IMG/VR virus record: IMGVR_UViG_3300028883_000046
Location: 1 to 64,000 of that record
Strand: one strand, 5' to 3'
Length of the DNA stretch: 64,000 bases
DNA from: a virus
Shown here: positions 9,534 to 20,033 of the stretch, in pieces
How positions within the stretch are numbered: position 1 is the first letter of the stretch
Layout of the letters: each line of letters opens with the position of its first letter
Translations under genes and position numbers: made by a program
Notes under the pieces: model-generated
Database searches by the model: none
Told to the model about the DNA's origin: nothing
What the model saw: only the letters and a program-made list of their open reading frames with translations

Positions 9534-10496
9534 ATGTCTAATGTGAATGAAACCGCAACAATTTGGAACTGTCCCAACTACACCGGCGAGCTTTACATGA
9601 TCGGCGCCAACCAAACGCCTTTCCTCAACATGATCGGCGGATTGCAGGGTGGCAAGGTTCGGACCGTTTCTTCTTTCGAATTCGATCTTGCCCAACCGTG
9701 GTCGCTCGAAAGTGCTTCTCAACCCGACGTTAGCGAAACAACTTCCCTGTCCGCTCCCGATCCGTGGACCTATGTTCGCGGCCAGGATACAAACACCGTA
9801 CAGATCTTTCACCGTGCGGTTACCGTGTCCTATGCGAAGCAGTCGGTAACGGGAAGTATTGTCGCCGATGCAACAACCGGCCTTGCTGATGCAAATTCGA
9901 TGCAGCCGATCCAAAACGAGAAGGACTTCCAGATTACTGCTCATATGCGCCAAATTGCAGTAAACTCGGATTACACTTTCTTGAACGGCACATATCAGAA
10001 AGCAACCGATGCCGGTACTGCCGCCAAGTCTCGCGGCATTATTACTGCCTGTGTTTCGAACAGTGTTAATGCGTCCAACGCCGCCCTGTCCCGAACACTT
10101 CTCAATCAACTTATCCGCACCATGGCCGGCAACGGGGCCGAATTCATGAACCCGGTTATCTTCTGCAATGCTTTCCAGAAGCAAAAGATTTCCGAGCTTT
10201 ACGGTTACGCCCCGGACTCCAGGAACGTTGGCGGGCTTAATATCAACCAGATCGAAACCGACTTTGCAGTTGTTGGTGTTGTCTGGGCGCCGAATGTTCC
10301 CGCAAGTACTTTGCTTCTTGCCGACCTGGCAGTATGCAACCCGGTCTTCCTGCCCGTACCCGACAAGGGAGTGCTTTTCTATGAAGAGCTTTCCAAGACC
10401 GGTGCCGCAGAAAAAGGCCAGATCTACGGCCAAATCGGACTTGACTATGGCCCCGAAGAGTACCACGGTAAAATCACTTCGTTGGCCACCAGCTAA
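9534..10496 (+). CDS. Major capsid protein (SU10-like HK97 fold)
   Basis: 320 aa; TPFLNMIGG, NTVQIF, IETDF, EELSKTG..EKGQIYG motifs; position after scaffold. Confidence 0.88.
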   Translation: MSNVNETATIWNCPNYTGELYMIGANQTPFLNMIGGLQGGKVRTVSSFEFDLAQPWSLESASQPDVSETTSLSAPDPWTYVRGQDTNTVQIFHRAVTVSYAKQSVTGSIVADATTGLADANSMQPIQNEKDFQITAHMRQIAVNSDYTFLNGTYQKATDAGTAAKSRGIITACVSNSVNASNAALSRTLLNQLIRTMAGNGAEFMNPVIFCNAFQKQKISELYGYAPDSRNVGGLNINQIETDFAVVGVVWAPNVPASTLLLADLAVCNPVFLPVPDKGVLFYEELSKTGAAEKGQIYGQIGLDYGPEEYHGKITSLATS

Positions 10497-10552
10497 ATCT
10501 CCTTGATTTGAGATTTTCAAAATACTTCTATTGAAGGGAAAGGAGATAAGTT

Positions 10553-10774
10553 ATGTCAAGTAAAGATAGATTGGAAATTCGGAACTGGGTTAAAACCAAC
10601 CAGGGTCTTCCGCCTCAATTGCGCGAGTTTTTCGAAGTACTTGATAGAGATCTTCGCGCTAATGACGTTTGGTCGACCACAACCACGACGACTTCCAGCA
10701 CGACCACGACCACTTCGTCTTCGTCAACGACAAGTTCAACGACAAGTTCGTCCACGACGACCACGACTGAGTAG
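10553..10774 (+). CDS. 73-aa protein with 32-residue Thr/Ser tail (possible capsid decoration protein)
   Basis: AAAGGAG RBS; ends WSTTTTTTSSTTTTTSSSSTTSSTTSSSTTTTTE. Confidence 0.82.
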   Translation: MSSKDRLEIRNWVKTNQGLPPQLREFFEVLDRDLRANDVWSTTTTTTSSTTTTTSSSSTTSSTTSSSTTTTTE

Positions 10775-10810
10775 ACTGTGTTACCGGAAGCGTTTGGGAG
10801 GTAAACCCAA

Positions 10811-11254
10811 ATGGCAACAAAAAGTAAAAGTAAACCCGTAGAAACCGCATGGCGGTTTTATCGATCTAACCTTGCAACGATAGTTTGGGATCCAAACTTG
10901 GACAAAGTACTTGCGGATTTCTCTACGGGAACGTTTATCACGGAAGATCCGAAAGTGGCGAAGAAAATCAGAGAGCTTGGTTATCCTGAGATACCGCTTG
11001 ACGCTACTTCACCACCGCCGGATATAATTATTCAACAACCTGCCTTTGCAATCGATGGCGACGTACCCATCATGGGAAAAGCAGTAGGCGAGAAGCTAAT
11101 GGAGCAAAAGATGAAATTGAAGACAAAGCAAGTTGGCGATCCCGCTCCGCAGGCTCCAGTAGTAAAGGCCGAAACGCCAAAAGCAAAAGCCTCGAAAGCA
11201 AAGCAGGAAGCTCCAAAAAAGAAGTTGAGAAGAAGAAAGAAAACCGCGGCATAG
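10811..11254 (+). CDS. Hypothetical head-associated protein with basic C-terminus
   Basis: GGGAGG RBS; between capsid and connector genes. Confidence 0.75.
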   Translation: MATKSKSKPVETAWRFYRSNLATIVWDPNLDKVLADFSTGTFITEDPKVAKKIRELGYPEIPLDATSPPPDIIIQQPAFAIDGDVPIMGKAVGEKLMEQKMKLKTKQVGDPAPQAPVVKAETPKAKASKAKQEAPKKKLRRRKKTAA

Positions 11255-11267
11255 GGAGAAATGAAAA

Positions 11268-11705
11268 ATGACGTATTGTGCGGACTCTGATTTATCCAAG
11301 TATCGTCCCAACATTTTAGCTCTCGGGGTGAATGACTGGACGGCTCAAAGGGAGGAAGCATACGCTCTTATTAATCGGGTCGTTTCAACTCGTTGGTATA
11401 GAAAAGTCGCTCCCGATATGGGTTATGATCCAAACATTACTACTTTCAATCCTCTTCTTATCCGAGAGGGAACGCTTACCAGGCTTGAGTCCTTTAAGGC
11501 GCTTGAACTTGCCTATATGTATCTTATGAAGGATTCACCTGAGGCAGATGGCTTCGAGCGAAATGTAAAACTATTTCGGGATCGGTACAACGAAGAGTTA
11601 GAGTTGGTACTTGCACAAGGTATTGACTACGATTGGTCCGATTCCGGAACGTTCGAGGACGACGAAGTATATCTCCGGACAACAAGAAGGCTCGTAAGAG
11701 GTTAG
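11268..11705 (+). CDS. Head-tail adaptor
   Basis: MTYC..SDL start typical of adaptors; size and position. Confidence 0.65.
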   Translation: MTYCADSDLSKYRPNILALGVNDWTAQREEAYALINRVVSTRWYRKVAPDMGYDPNITTFNPLLIREGTLTRLESFKALELAYMYLMKDSPEADGFERNVKLFRDRYNEELELVLAQGIDYDWSDSGTFEDDEVYLRTTRRLVRG

Positions 11706-11707
11706 CC

Positions 11708-12181
11708 ATGGCAGTGAGCCAAGAAACCTATATTGATATAAGCGAATTGGAAGAAGTACTTCTAACTCGGCTGGAAAAGTTCGAGAAAAGAATTTTTTCC
11801 AAGGCTCTTATGACAGAAATTGGAAACTTCGCCATGACCAAAATCAAAGTTCGAACGAGCGAAGGAAAAGACGTAGAAGGAAGATATTTCAAACCCTACA
11901 CCGCAAAGTATAAAATGTTCAGGAGAGAAAAAGGTCTACCGACAAATGTGGTAGACCTGTTCCGTACGGGCTCAATGTTGTCTTCTATGACGTATGATCC
12001 TTATGAACGATATGTAAAGATCTTTTTTCTAAATACTTCTGATGAATTCAACGTAAAGAATCCGAAGAAAGCTTTTTTCCTGAATCAGAAAAGACGTTTT
12101 TTTGCCTTGTCTAAAGACGAGGTGGACAAGATTGTCAATATGTGTATCGATTACTATAACAACTTGCTCGACAATATGTAA
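11708..12181 (+). CDS. Virion morphogenesis (neck) protein
   Basis: G.DVEG..F.PY...Y, L.RTGSML.S and RRFF motifs; start reassigned to ATG 11708. Confidence 0.7.
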   Translation: MAVSQETYIDISELEEVLLTRLEKFEKRIFSKALMTEIGNFAMTKIKVRTSEGKDVEGRYFKPYTAKYKMFRREKGLPTNVVDLFRTGSMLSSMTYDPYERYVKIFFLNTSDEFNVKNPKKAFFLNQKRRFFALSKDEVDKIVNMCIDYYNNLLDNM

Positions 12182-12198
12182 CCGAGGGAGCCTATCTG

Positions 12199-12648
12199 AT
12201 GGCCGAGAATAGTAAGCGCGAGGCAATTATACTTTCCGATATAGCCTTGATTGAGTCTATACCGGCGATTAAAACGGTAGCAAGAAGACTGCCATCATTT
12301 TCTGATTTACAATCCTTTGCTTCCACTCAATTCCCAGCGGTAGCAGTAGTAGGGAGAATTCCCGTTCCTGTAAATCATGTTCAAAGTAGAAATGGCCAGG
12401 TAGATCTAATTGTTTCCGAGCTTCGCGTTGATGCCTATGTCTTCATTCATGAGAACGTAAACGCGGACGCGAAAATATCAAACATCCTGGACGACTTCTG
12501 GGCAGTACTTTATACCAACCCAACCAGAAATAATCTTTGTATGTTTACTTCTCTTGAGGCAACAGAAACAACCGAGACTTGGCCGCCATTTGTGGCTTTC
12601 CAGCTAACCTGTTTTCACAAATATCAACACTCTATTGGAGGAATTTAA
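12199..12648 (+). CDS. Tail terminator/completion protein
   Basis: FPAV motif, size, position before the tail tube. Confidence 0.6.
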   Translation: MAENSKREAIILSDIALIESIPAIKTVARRLPSFSDLQSFASTQFPAVAVVGRIPVPVNHVQSRNGQVDLIVSELRVDAYVFIHENVNADAKISNILDDFWAVLYTNPTRNNLCMFTSLEATETTETWPPFVAFQLTCFHKYQHSIGGI

Positions 12649-12650
12649 TT

Positions 12651-13226
12651 ATGGAAGATGCCCATAGTACTTCTCTATATGCGCCTGCCGGAAGAGGTAT
12701 CTTGTGGATCGCGGAATGGGACGGTACCACACCGCCCACTGATCCTACAGATTATACCGAAATCGGTAACTGCCCGTCGTTTGAAGCGGAACCGACGGTA
12801 GAGCGGCGCCCACACTATTCAAGCCGGTCGGGTCTTCGCACAAGAGATCTTAACCCAATCGTCCAAACGGAATACAATATTACTTTCGAATGCGACGAAC
12901 TATCGGCGAAGAACCTTTCAAGATTTTTCCTGGGTACGTTGAACACTACCACAGGCAGAATCGCCGGGCTTCAAAACGCGGACAAAGAATACGCCTTGAA
13001 GTTCGTTTCCGACAACCCAATCGGGCCGAATGCTACCTATTACTTTCATCGGGTAACAATTGGTCCAAACGGATCTTTGCAACTTATCGGCGATGATTAT
13101 CTGGTCATGAGCTTTACCGGTGAAGGTCTTGCGGACGTGGCAAATCATGCTTCCAGCCCGTACTTCGATATCGCTTACCAGACCACGACCACCACGACAA
13201 CTTCTACTACCAGCACAACCGCTTAA
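12651..13226 (+). CDS. Major tail tube protein with C-terminal poly-Thr tail
   Basis: GGAGG RBS before ATG 12651; IGNCPSF and SDNPIGP motifs; ends YQTTTTTTTSTTSTTA. Confidence 0.8.
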   Translation: MEDAHSTSLYAPAGRGILWIAEWDGTTPPTDPTDYTEIGNCPSFEAEPTVERRPHYSSRSGLRTRDLNPIVQTEYNITFECDELSAKNLSRFFLGTLNTTTGRIAGLQNADKEYALKFVSDNPIGPNATYYFHRVTIGPNGSLQLIGDDYLVMSFTGEGLADVANHASSPYFDIAYQTTTTTTTSTTSTTA

Positions 13227-13254
13227 TCAGTGAAGCGGTTATAGGGAGTAAAAC

Positions 13255-13653
13255 ATGAGGAAAAGAGAAGTCATTAAAATCGATGCCAGAGAGTATACCA
13301 TTAAAGAACTTACGGTGGAAGAAATAATCGAGCTGACGCAAGGCTCGGTTTTCTTCTCTGATACGTTAAAAGGTAATGAAAAACAAAAACTGCCGGACAG
13401 TGACGAAATCGGAAGAGTTAAGGGAGATCTTAAAAGAGTAATGGAGAAATGTTGTGATTTTACTCCCGACGATCTTGTAAAGCTCGCGCCATCAGAGATC
13501 AATACCCTTTACGATAAATTCAAGGAAGTAAATTCCGATTTTTTATCTTTTCTAAAAACGATGGGAGTAACAGAAATCCTGGGAAATATAAAAGAGCTGG
13601 TACTCAATCGCTTTTTAAAAACGCTTGTCACCTCATTGAGGCAGGACACTTAA
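13255..13653 (+). CDS. Tail assembly chaperone (gpG-like)
   Basis: Between tube and tape measure; YTIKELTV and LAPSEI motifs. Confidence 0.75.
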   Translation: MRKREVIKIDAREYTIKELTVEEIIELTQGSVFFSDTLKGNEKQKLPDSDEIGRVKGDLKRVMEKCCDFTPDDLVKLAPSEINTLYDKFKEVNSDFLSFLKTMGVTEILGNIKELVLNRFLKTLVTSLRQDT

Positions 13654-13805
13654 ACGTTTTTCAGTATGGCTTCTCATATTTTCTCCATGCTTTAAACGAG
13701 CACCAAATCATCATGAATATAGAAAGAAAAAACATTGCCATAGCATTTAGAGTAGCACGTTATGCCACGCCAAGGGAATGGAAGAAATTCATGAAAAGGA
13801 AGTGA
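13614..13805 (+). other. Programmed -1 frameshift site (T TTA AAA) and gpGT-like extension
   Basis: Slippery heptamer at 13614-13620; -1 frame stays open (NACHLIEAGHLNVFQYGFSYF...KRK) to TGA 13805, just before the tape measure start. Confidence 0.75.
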
Positions 13806-13809
13806 AGCA

Positions 13810-16677
13810 ATGGCAGAAAACGTTGATATTATAGTTCGCCTAAAGGACGCGGCTTCCAAGGGTATAAGAGCAATTAAAGGAAGTATGGGAGAGCTTGAGA
13901 AGTCGGTCGGTAGTACAAGAAAAATATTAGGTTCAATGGTTGGGACGCTGGGAACCCTTGCCGCTACTATAGGAGCAGGGGCTTTCTTAGGAAGTGCTAT
14001 AAAGACTTTTGCAGATTTTGACACCGCTATCCGATCGGCGGGTGCGGTGTCGAATGCTACTGCCGAAGAGTTGAAGGATTTAAGCGATGCCGCAAAAGAG
14101 ATGGGCAAGACAACAAAGTTTTCCGCAGTACAAGCCGCGGATGGTCTTAAACTTCTCGGCATGGCTGGCTTTGAAACAAAAGAATCAATAGAAGCACTTC
14201 CTGGCGTGCTTAATCTTGCGGCCGCCGCAGGAACAGATATTGCTACCTCTGCCGATATTGCAACCAATGTTTTGTCTGGATTTGGCCTTGAAGTAGAAAA
14301 TCTTGGTCAAGTCAATGACGTACTTGTCAAAACATTTACTTCCTCGAATACCGCTGTCCAAGAGCTGGGCGAATCCTTTAAGTACGTTGGACCTTTGTTC
14401 AAAGCAGTCGGCGGTAACTTTGAAGAGTTATTCGCTACAATAGGAAAGCTTGGCGACGTAGGTATAAAAGGAAGTCAAGCTGGTACTGCTCTTAAAGGCG
14501 CTCTTCAACAACTTCTTAACGCTACCCCAGAACAGATCAAGCTCCAAAAAGAACTTGGCGAAAGAATTGGCCAAACTTCTTTAGAAGTACTTGACGCACA
14601 GGGAAGTTTTGTTGGCTATACAAGAATTGTAGAGCAACTATCAAAAGCGGGCGTGAACGGTTCTCAAATATTGAAGTTATTTGGTACAGAAGCGGGCCCA
14701 GCTATGGCCGCTCTTGTAGGGCAAGGCTCGGAATCAATAAAAGAACTACAAACCGCAATTGAAGAGGCAGGAGGTATATCAGAAGAAGTAGCAAAGAAAA
14801 TGGGAGCTGGCCTTGGTGGTGCAATATTAGAGGCTAAGTCCGCATTTGAAGCGGTAAAGATCGCCATTGGCGAAGCGTTTTCCGAAGATCTAATCCAAGG
14901 CATTAGAGTAGCAAGAGACTGGCTAATTGACCTTGTTGACGTTATTAAAGAACTTAAAGAAAATGGTACAATCGAGGCATGGGCAACGGTTACAAAGATC
15001 GGATTTGGAACAGTTACTACCTCGGCAAAGATTGCCTGGGCGGCCGTGAAAGAAGTAGTAAAGGTTTTTACCGCTCTTGGCTTGTTAGCAACCGGACAGG
15101 TGAGTGCCGCAGGAGAAGCGTTAAAGGATCTTGGTAGTGATTTTGTAGCGGTCGCAGAAAGTATGCGGCAAGAAGTAGAGAAGTCCGAAGGTACAAGATT
15201 TTTCAAAATCGATACAAGTACCGGAGAGATAACCGAGGAAGTAAACGCGGTTGGCGAGCTGATTAAAAAAGCAGTAAAGACCGGTCCAATTGGGCAAGGT
15301 GTAAAAGAGGCAAGTAAAGAACTATCCGAAGCGTTGGTGCCAAAGGCTGCTCCTGTAGAGGCTTTATTAAAGGCAGAAATGACAAAGCTTTCCGCCTTAC
15401 TTTCTTTAGAGTCTACAAAAATCGAGGATAGCTATGAAAGAGGATTGATTGATCTTGAAACCTATTACAACGAAAGAGCAAAGATCATTCAAAGAAAGAT
15501 GGAGCAGGAGATCCAACTTCTTAGCCAAAAAGCATCAAGCGAAACCGACCTCGGAAAGAAAGAACTACTAAACGCCCAAATCTTTGCTAAAGAGCAAGAA
15601 TTACAGGCCGCCCTTCTCAGCCTTGAGACTGAAAGATATAGAGAGCAAGACCGACTTGCTCAAGAAAGATTGTCTAAGGATCAAGCTCTAAACCAGCTCA
15701 AGCTGAAAGCAGAGCAGGCCCTTGCAGATCAAAAGAAAAGACTTGCAAACGATCCGGCATATGGATTGCAAGGACAGTTTAGCGAAGAGTTGGCAAATCT
15801 ACAAACCAAACACAATGCAGAACTTGAGGAAATAAATAACTTCTACGTCCGAAAACTCGATATGCTTCGCCAACAGAAAGCGGCAGAGGCAGAGATTGAA
15901 GCAATCGCCGATGAACAGAAGAAAATGATAGACGATCAGAAGCGGATGCAGAGGGAAGAAGAGTTTCGGCTGGAACAGGATCAACAAAGTAGACTTGTTA
16001 ATTTTCAATTAAACAATTATGCCAACCTTGCAGGAGGTATGGCTGATACTCTTTCCAATGCTTACGAATTGATTGGAAAAGAAAATAAAGAAATGTTTTA
16101 TGCAATGAAAGCGGCCGCCATTGCAGAGGCAGTTATAAAAACAGCTCAGGCGGTCGTGAGTGCTTATGCTACCGCCGGCAACCCATACTTGGGAATTGCA
16201 ATGGCCGCAATAGTTGGCGCGGCTGGTGCCGTTCAGGTAGCAAAGATCGCCTCCCAAAGCTATGCAGAAGGCGGCTTGATTGCCGGTCAATCTCCCACAA
16301 AGACTTCTGATGATAAACTTATAAATGCTACTTCTGGTGAATTCATGCAACCAGTGGACACGGTAGATTACTATGGGTTGGGAGTTATGGAAGCATTAAG
16401 AAGAAGAGCGATTCCGAAAGATATGTTTACCGGCTTTAACATGCCAAGTATCAAATATGGACATAGACAATTTGCAGAGGGTGGCGCGGTTACCCCCGCT
16501 TCTGGTATTCCCGATCCTAATGACGTTAAGAAAGAAGGACAGAAAACAAATATTGTTAACGTCCTCGATCCAGCAGTATTTGAGCAATGGTCGGCAAGTA
16601 CTCCTGGCCAAAAAAATATTATGAACGTTATCTCACAAAATGCTTTCGAAGTGCGCCAGATGATACTTGGCAACTAA
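13810..16677 (+). CDS. Tape measure protein
   Basis: 955 aa; TP901-like TTKFSAVQAA...GIKGSQAGTAL core; coiled-coil; C-terminal YAEGG. Confidence 0.93.
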   Translation: MAENVDIIVRLKDAASKGIRAIKGSMGELEKSVGSTRKILGSMVGTLGTLAATIGAGAFLGSAIKTFADFDTAIRSAGAVSNATAEELKDLSDAAKEMGKTTKFSAVQAADGLKLLGMAGFETKESIEALPGVLNLAAAAGTDIATSADIATNVLSGFGLEVENLGQVNDVLVKTFTSSNTAVQELGESFKYVGPLFKAVGGNFEELFATIGKLGDVGIKGSQAGTALKGALQQLLNATPEQIKLQKELGERIGQTSLEVLDAQGSFVGYTRIVEQLSKAGVNGSQILKLFGTEAGPAMAALVGQGSESIKELQTAIEEAGGISEEVAKKMGAGLGGAILEAKSAFEAVKIAIGEAFSEDLIQGIRVARDWLIDLVDVIKELKENGTIEAWATVTKIGFGTVTTSAKIAWAAVKEVVKVFTALGLLATGQVSAAGEALKDLGSDFVAVAESMRQEVEKSEGTRFFKIDTSTGEITEEVNAVGELIKKAVKTGPIGQGVKEASKELSEALVPKAAPVEALLKAEMTKLSALLSLESTKIEDSYERGLIDLETYYNERAKIIQRKMEQEIQLLSQKASSETDLGKKELLNAQIFAKEQELQAALLSLETERYREQDRLAQERLSKDQALNQLKLKAEQALADQKKRLANDPAYGLQGQFSEELANLQTKHNAELEEINNFYVRKLDMLRQQKAAEAEIEAIADEQKKMIDDQKRMQREEEFRLEQDQQSRLVNFQLNNYANLAGGMADTLSNAYELIGKENKEMFYAMKAAAIAEAVIKTAQAVVSAYATAGNPYLGIAMAAIVGAAGAVQVAKIASQSYAEGGLIAGQSPTKTSDDKLINATSGEFMQPVDTVDYYGLGVMEALRRRAIPKDMFTGFNMPSIKYGHRQFAEGGAVTPASGIPDPNDVKKEGQKTNIVNVLDPAVFEQWSASTPGQKNIMNVISQNAFEVRQMILGN

Positions 16678-16689
16678 GGAGAAAACAAA

Positions 16690-17994
16690 ATGACTTTAAA
16701 TGGAAAAACAACTTCTGGATCGGTTACTTCTTTTGCGGGCGCCACTGGTTTACTTCAAGCGCTACTTGACTTTGTTTCCGGTACAAAGTTAGAGGATCAA
16801 GCAACCGCAGGATCAAGTGTTGGACCGTATACCGATACGTTATCAACTCCCGTTGGTTTAGGATCAGTATTGATGAAGTATACCATTTCAGGTCTTGACT
16901 ATACAGCAAGAGACGATGGTGTTGGAGCTATAACGGGAGATTATATAGACTCTGCCTCAATCAACTATGATACAGGCGCATTAACCGTCACTCTTACAAC
17001 CACACCGGATGCAAACCCAACTTATGACTATGTATATGGCGAAGACGGCGGCGATTGGGAAGTAAAGATAAATCGAAATACAAGAAATGGTAACAAAACC
17101 TCTCCCTCGGAACCATTTGGAAGTAATTGTAAGGAAGTAATTCTACATAATAGAGGATTGAGCGGTGCAGAAAATATCTTGATCGGTATAAGAGAGTGGC
17201 AATATGTAGCGGCTAACGCATCTGGCTGGGATCTAACAGGCTTTACTTCTTATTCGGACGGCATGTATTTCGGTAGAACTTTTGAAGACCTTAGTTTAAC
17301 CTATGATACTACCTGGAACTGTTTTGAAAACGCTCCCAAACTACCGCTAATTGACGATACAATTTACTATTGGTTTTTCAGCAATAGGCAAAGAATAATA
17401 GTTATTGCGAAAGTTCAAAGTAATTACGAATCAATCTATCTTGGATTTGCCAATAGATATGGAAACCCAGAAGACTATCCTTATCCGCTCGTTATAAAAG
17501 GGAGCTTGTACGGGAAGAAAACCATTACAGAAACATCAGAGGCAAGCCATGCATTTATTCCCTATAGTACAACTTCCGGAACCAATATGCTTCATAATGT
17601 TTTGCCAGATGGTTCTTGGTCGTTGAATTGGGGAGCTTTTTCTTCGAATTACGCCACAATCCTTTTCCCTGTGTGCAATTGGAATTCTTCCAGTAGATTA
17701 CTATCCGAAACACCGAACAAAAAAGAAGTACTTCTATCACCTGTTATGTCCCTTAGCTTGGCAAATAATTCTGTACTGCATGAACTTGATGGTGTTCTAC
17801 ATGCGGCCGGCGTTGGCGTTCAATCTGAGGACGAAATCAGAGGGCACGATGGCATAAAATACTTGGCATTTCAAAATATATCGAGGATCGATTACGATGA
17901 TTTTATGGGAGTAGCAAATGAGGATTATACATCTACTTCCACAACAACCACAACGACGACCACGACCACGCTAACAACAACTACTACCGAATAA
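16690..17994 (+). CDS. Virion structural/tail protein with poly-Thr tail
   Basis: YWFFSN..RIIV.AKV..YES.YLG..YPYPL motifs; ends YTSTSTTTTTTTTTTLTTTTTE. Confidence 0.75.
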   Translation: MTLNGKTTSGSVTSFAGATGLLQALLDFVSGTKLEDQATAGSSVGPYTDTLSTPVGLGSVLMKYTISGLDYTARDDGVGAITGDYIDSASINYDTGALTVTLTTTPDANPTYDYVYGEDGGDWEVKINRNTRNGNKTSPSEPFGSNCKEVILHNRGLSGAENILIGIREWQYVAANASGWDLTGFTSYSDGMYFGRTFEDLSLTYDTTWNCFENAPKLPLIDDTIYYWFFSNRQRIIVIAKVQSNYESIYLGFANRYGNPEDYPYPLVIKGSLYGKKTITETSEASHAFIPYSTTSGTNMLHNVLPDGSWSLNWGAFSSNYATILFPVCNWNSSSRLLSETPNKKEVLLSPVMSLSLANNSVLHELDGVLHAAGVGVQSEDEIRGHDGIKYLAFQNISRIDYDDFMGVANEDYTSTSTTTTTTTTTTLTTTTTE

Positions 17995-18013
17995 AGTATA
18001 AGGAGAAGAAAAA

Positions 18014-18931
18014 ATGCCTTACGTCCTGTCCGAAGATATTCGTTACAACCCGACCGATACTATGGAAGCACTGGACTACATTCGCCAATTTGCTTTGACG
18101 ATTGGTTGGACCGTAGATAATTGGGACGGCTATCGCTTGCAACTCTTCTCTCCTGGTTATTCTATTCAAAATCTTTGTTACAGATTAGAAGTAGAAACGA
18201 TTGACGCCCAAGTCCAAACTCTTGAATATAGACCGGTCATACCAGGTCAAAGACTTGTAAATATGGAACTAATGACCTCAACTTATATTTGGAATACTTC
18301 TTCCTCATATGGCAAAGTCTCTCTTCCTGCAAGTTCTTTCGATGCGCTGTACCTCTATGGGAACTCGCATTTTATAGCCGCGATTTTTCATGTTGATCCG
18401 ATAGCGGTAATTACGGTTGCAATTGGCATCCCAGATCTATGGCCGTCTTGGTACTACTCTCTTGATTTCTCTTGCCACTTTCCTTGTAGCTACTATAGCG
18501 ATACTTCTTCATATCAGTGGTACAACATGGCAGACAATATTAGCAATTGGTATATGCCGTGGACTTACATGGTCTCTTATGTTTATTGCGCCTGGTTTCA
18601 GGGAGAAGCAATTAATTCAAATAACTTTACAGGAAACTATCTGCCAACCACAGCCGTTGCAATAGGAGCAGAGGCGGGATCATTTAACAAACTAAACGGA
18701 TTACTTCGTTATAACGAGTATACCAACAAGCGAATGGCTTTTCAATCAACGTACTTTGTTAAGTCGGAAACATTGGGCGTTTGGTACCCGATCGGTTTGT
18801 CACCCTTCGCCTGGATCAACGGAAGAGATCTTTCAATTGGTGAAGTAGTAGAGTTTGGAGCGGATCAATACAGATGTTTTCCAGCAGTATTCTCGCCAAA
18901 TGAAATTTGGCAAGCTTATAGGATATCCTAA
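18014..18931 (+). CDS. Virion structural/tail protein
   Basis: Position in tail block; AxxxGWT N-terminus and G.DQY..FP C-terminus. Confidence 0.7.
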   Translation: MPYVLSEDIRYNPTDTMEALDYIRQFALTIGWTVDNWDGYRLQLFSPGYSIQNLCYRLEVETIDAQVQTLEYRPVIPGQRLVNMELMTSTYIWNTSSSYGKVSLPASSFDALYLYGNSHFIAAIFHVDPIAVITVAIGIPDLWPSWYYSLDFSCHFPCSYYSDTSSYQWYNMADNISNWYMPWTYMVSYVYCAWFQGEAINSNNFTGNYLPTTAVAIGAEAGSFNKLNGLLRYNEYTNKRMAFQSTYFVKSETLGVWYPIGLSPFAWINGRDLSIGEVVEFGADQYRCFPAVFSPNEIWQAYRIS

Positions 18932-18932
18932 T

Positions 18933-20033
18933 ATGTCTACCTTAGATGGTATTATTCAAACGATATTTACCGCTGAGAGATTAAGCCAGCCTGTTCGACA
19001 GTATGATCTTGTGGTTGGTGACAAAAGCACTCATGAAAAGCTACCAACCGAATATTGGCAAACAGACGTTGGTGTGGGAAGTGATAATCAAATATGCGGA
19101 GAAGTAGTAAGACAAACGCAACCGGTAACACCTGGGTATGAAGATGGTATGCTTTCTACTTTTACCGGTTCAGATTTTTACTTCGAAAGAATTTGGGTTG
19201 AACCTATTCGGTTTGATCTACAGTTTATCGTTGAAGACTTAACCAGGGAGTTAAAAGTATGGAACGCCTGGAGAAGCAAAAACGTTCAATTGACCGACGT
19301 ACAAGTGTTAGAGCAAGAAGGAACTTATCTTGAATACCCGGATCTTCCAGATACGTTGGGAACCTTTGGTGACACTATATACACTTTAAATATATATGGT
19401 GACGGACCGCCCTTACAGGATACGCAATACAAATTAACAATCGATGGCTGGGAAGTAACCATCTACATAACCGGTGTTCGAATCATACCTTGGGATTTAA
19501 TGCCAAACTGGCAAGATCAATTAGAAATTTCCTATGAGTTTGCAACAACGATTTGGACGAACGATAGATTTAAAGAGCAGAGAAGAGCATTATCAAGAGA
19601 GAGTTGGTTTTTACTACAGGCAACATATGATGCTTCCGGGAATAGAAGTAGAAAGATTTTAAATCTTATTGGATATGGAAAAGACAAAGTATTTGGTCTA
19701 CCAGTCTATAACGAAATGCTAACCGCTTCCGAAATAAGCGGCACGACGATAACAGTAAATGAGGACTTTACCTATTATTATAATCTTATAAACAGAAGCA
19801 GTTATATCATTATCGTGGATCATGAGTTTGGTCTTGCAGAGATAAAGGAAATCTCTTCTGTAAACGCTCCAAATGAAATCGTCTTGAGCCAAACAATTTC
19901 AGAAACCTTCGATCCTAAATATACTATTATCTATCCTGCGGCATTCGTTATTATTGGATCGTATTCTGGAACAAATATCACCGATGATTTTGACGAAGTA
20001 AAAGTAGAATTTAAGGAATTCAAAAATGGATAG
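18933..20033 (+). CDS. Virion structural/tail protein
   Basis: DFYFERIWV.P, VWNAW, PNW and EQRRAL motifs; start reassigned to ATG 18933. Confidence 0.7.
   Translation: MSTLDGIIQTIFTAERLSQPVRQYDLVVGDKSTHEKLPTEYWQTDVGVGSDNQICGEVVRQTQPVTPGYEDGMLSTFTGSDFYFERIWVEPIRFDLQFIVEDLTRELKVWNAWRSKNVQLTDVQVLEQEGTYLEYPDLPDTLGTFGDTIYTLNIYGDGPPLQDTQYKLTIDGWEVTIYITGVRIIPWDLMPNWQDQLEISYEFATTIWTNDRFKEQRRALSRESWFLLQATYDASGNRSRKILNLIGYGKDKVFGLPVYNEMLTASEISGTTITVNEDFTYYYNLINRSSYIIIVDHEFGLAEIKEISSVNAPNEIVLSQTISETFDPKYTIIYPAAFVIIGSYSGTNITDDFDEVKVEFKEFKNG

Noticed and set aside
9507-10520. 337-aa ORF antisense to the major capsid gene
   Set aside because: Shadow ORF explained by the codon bias of the capsid gene; no RBS or recognisable motifs.
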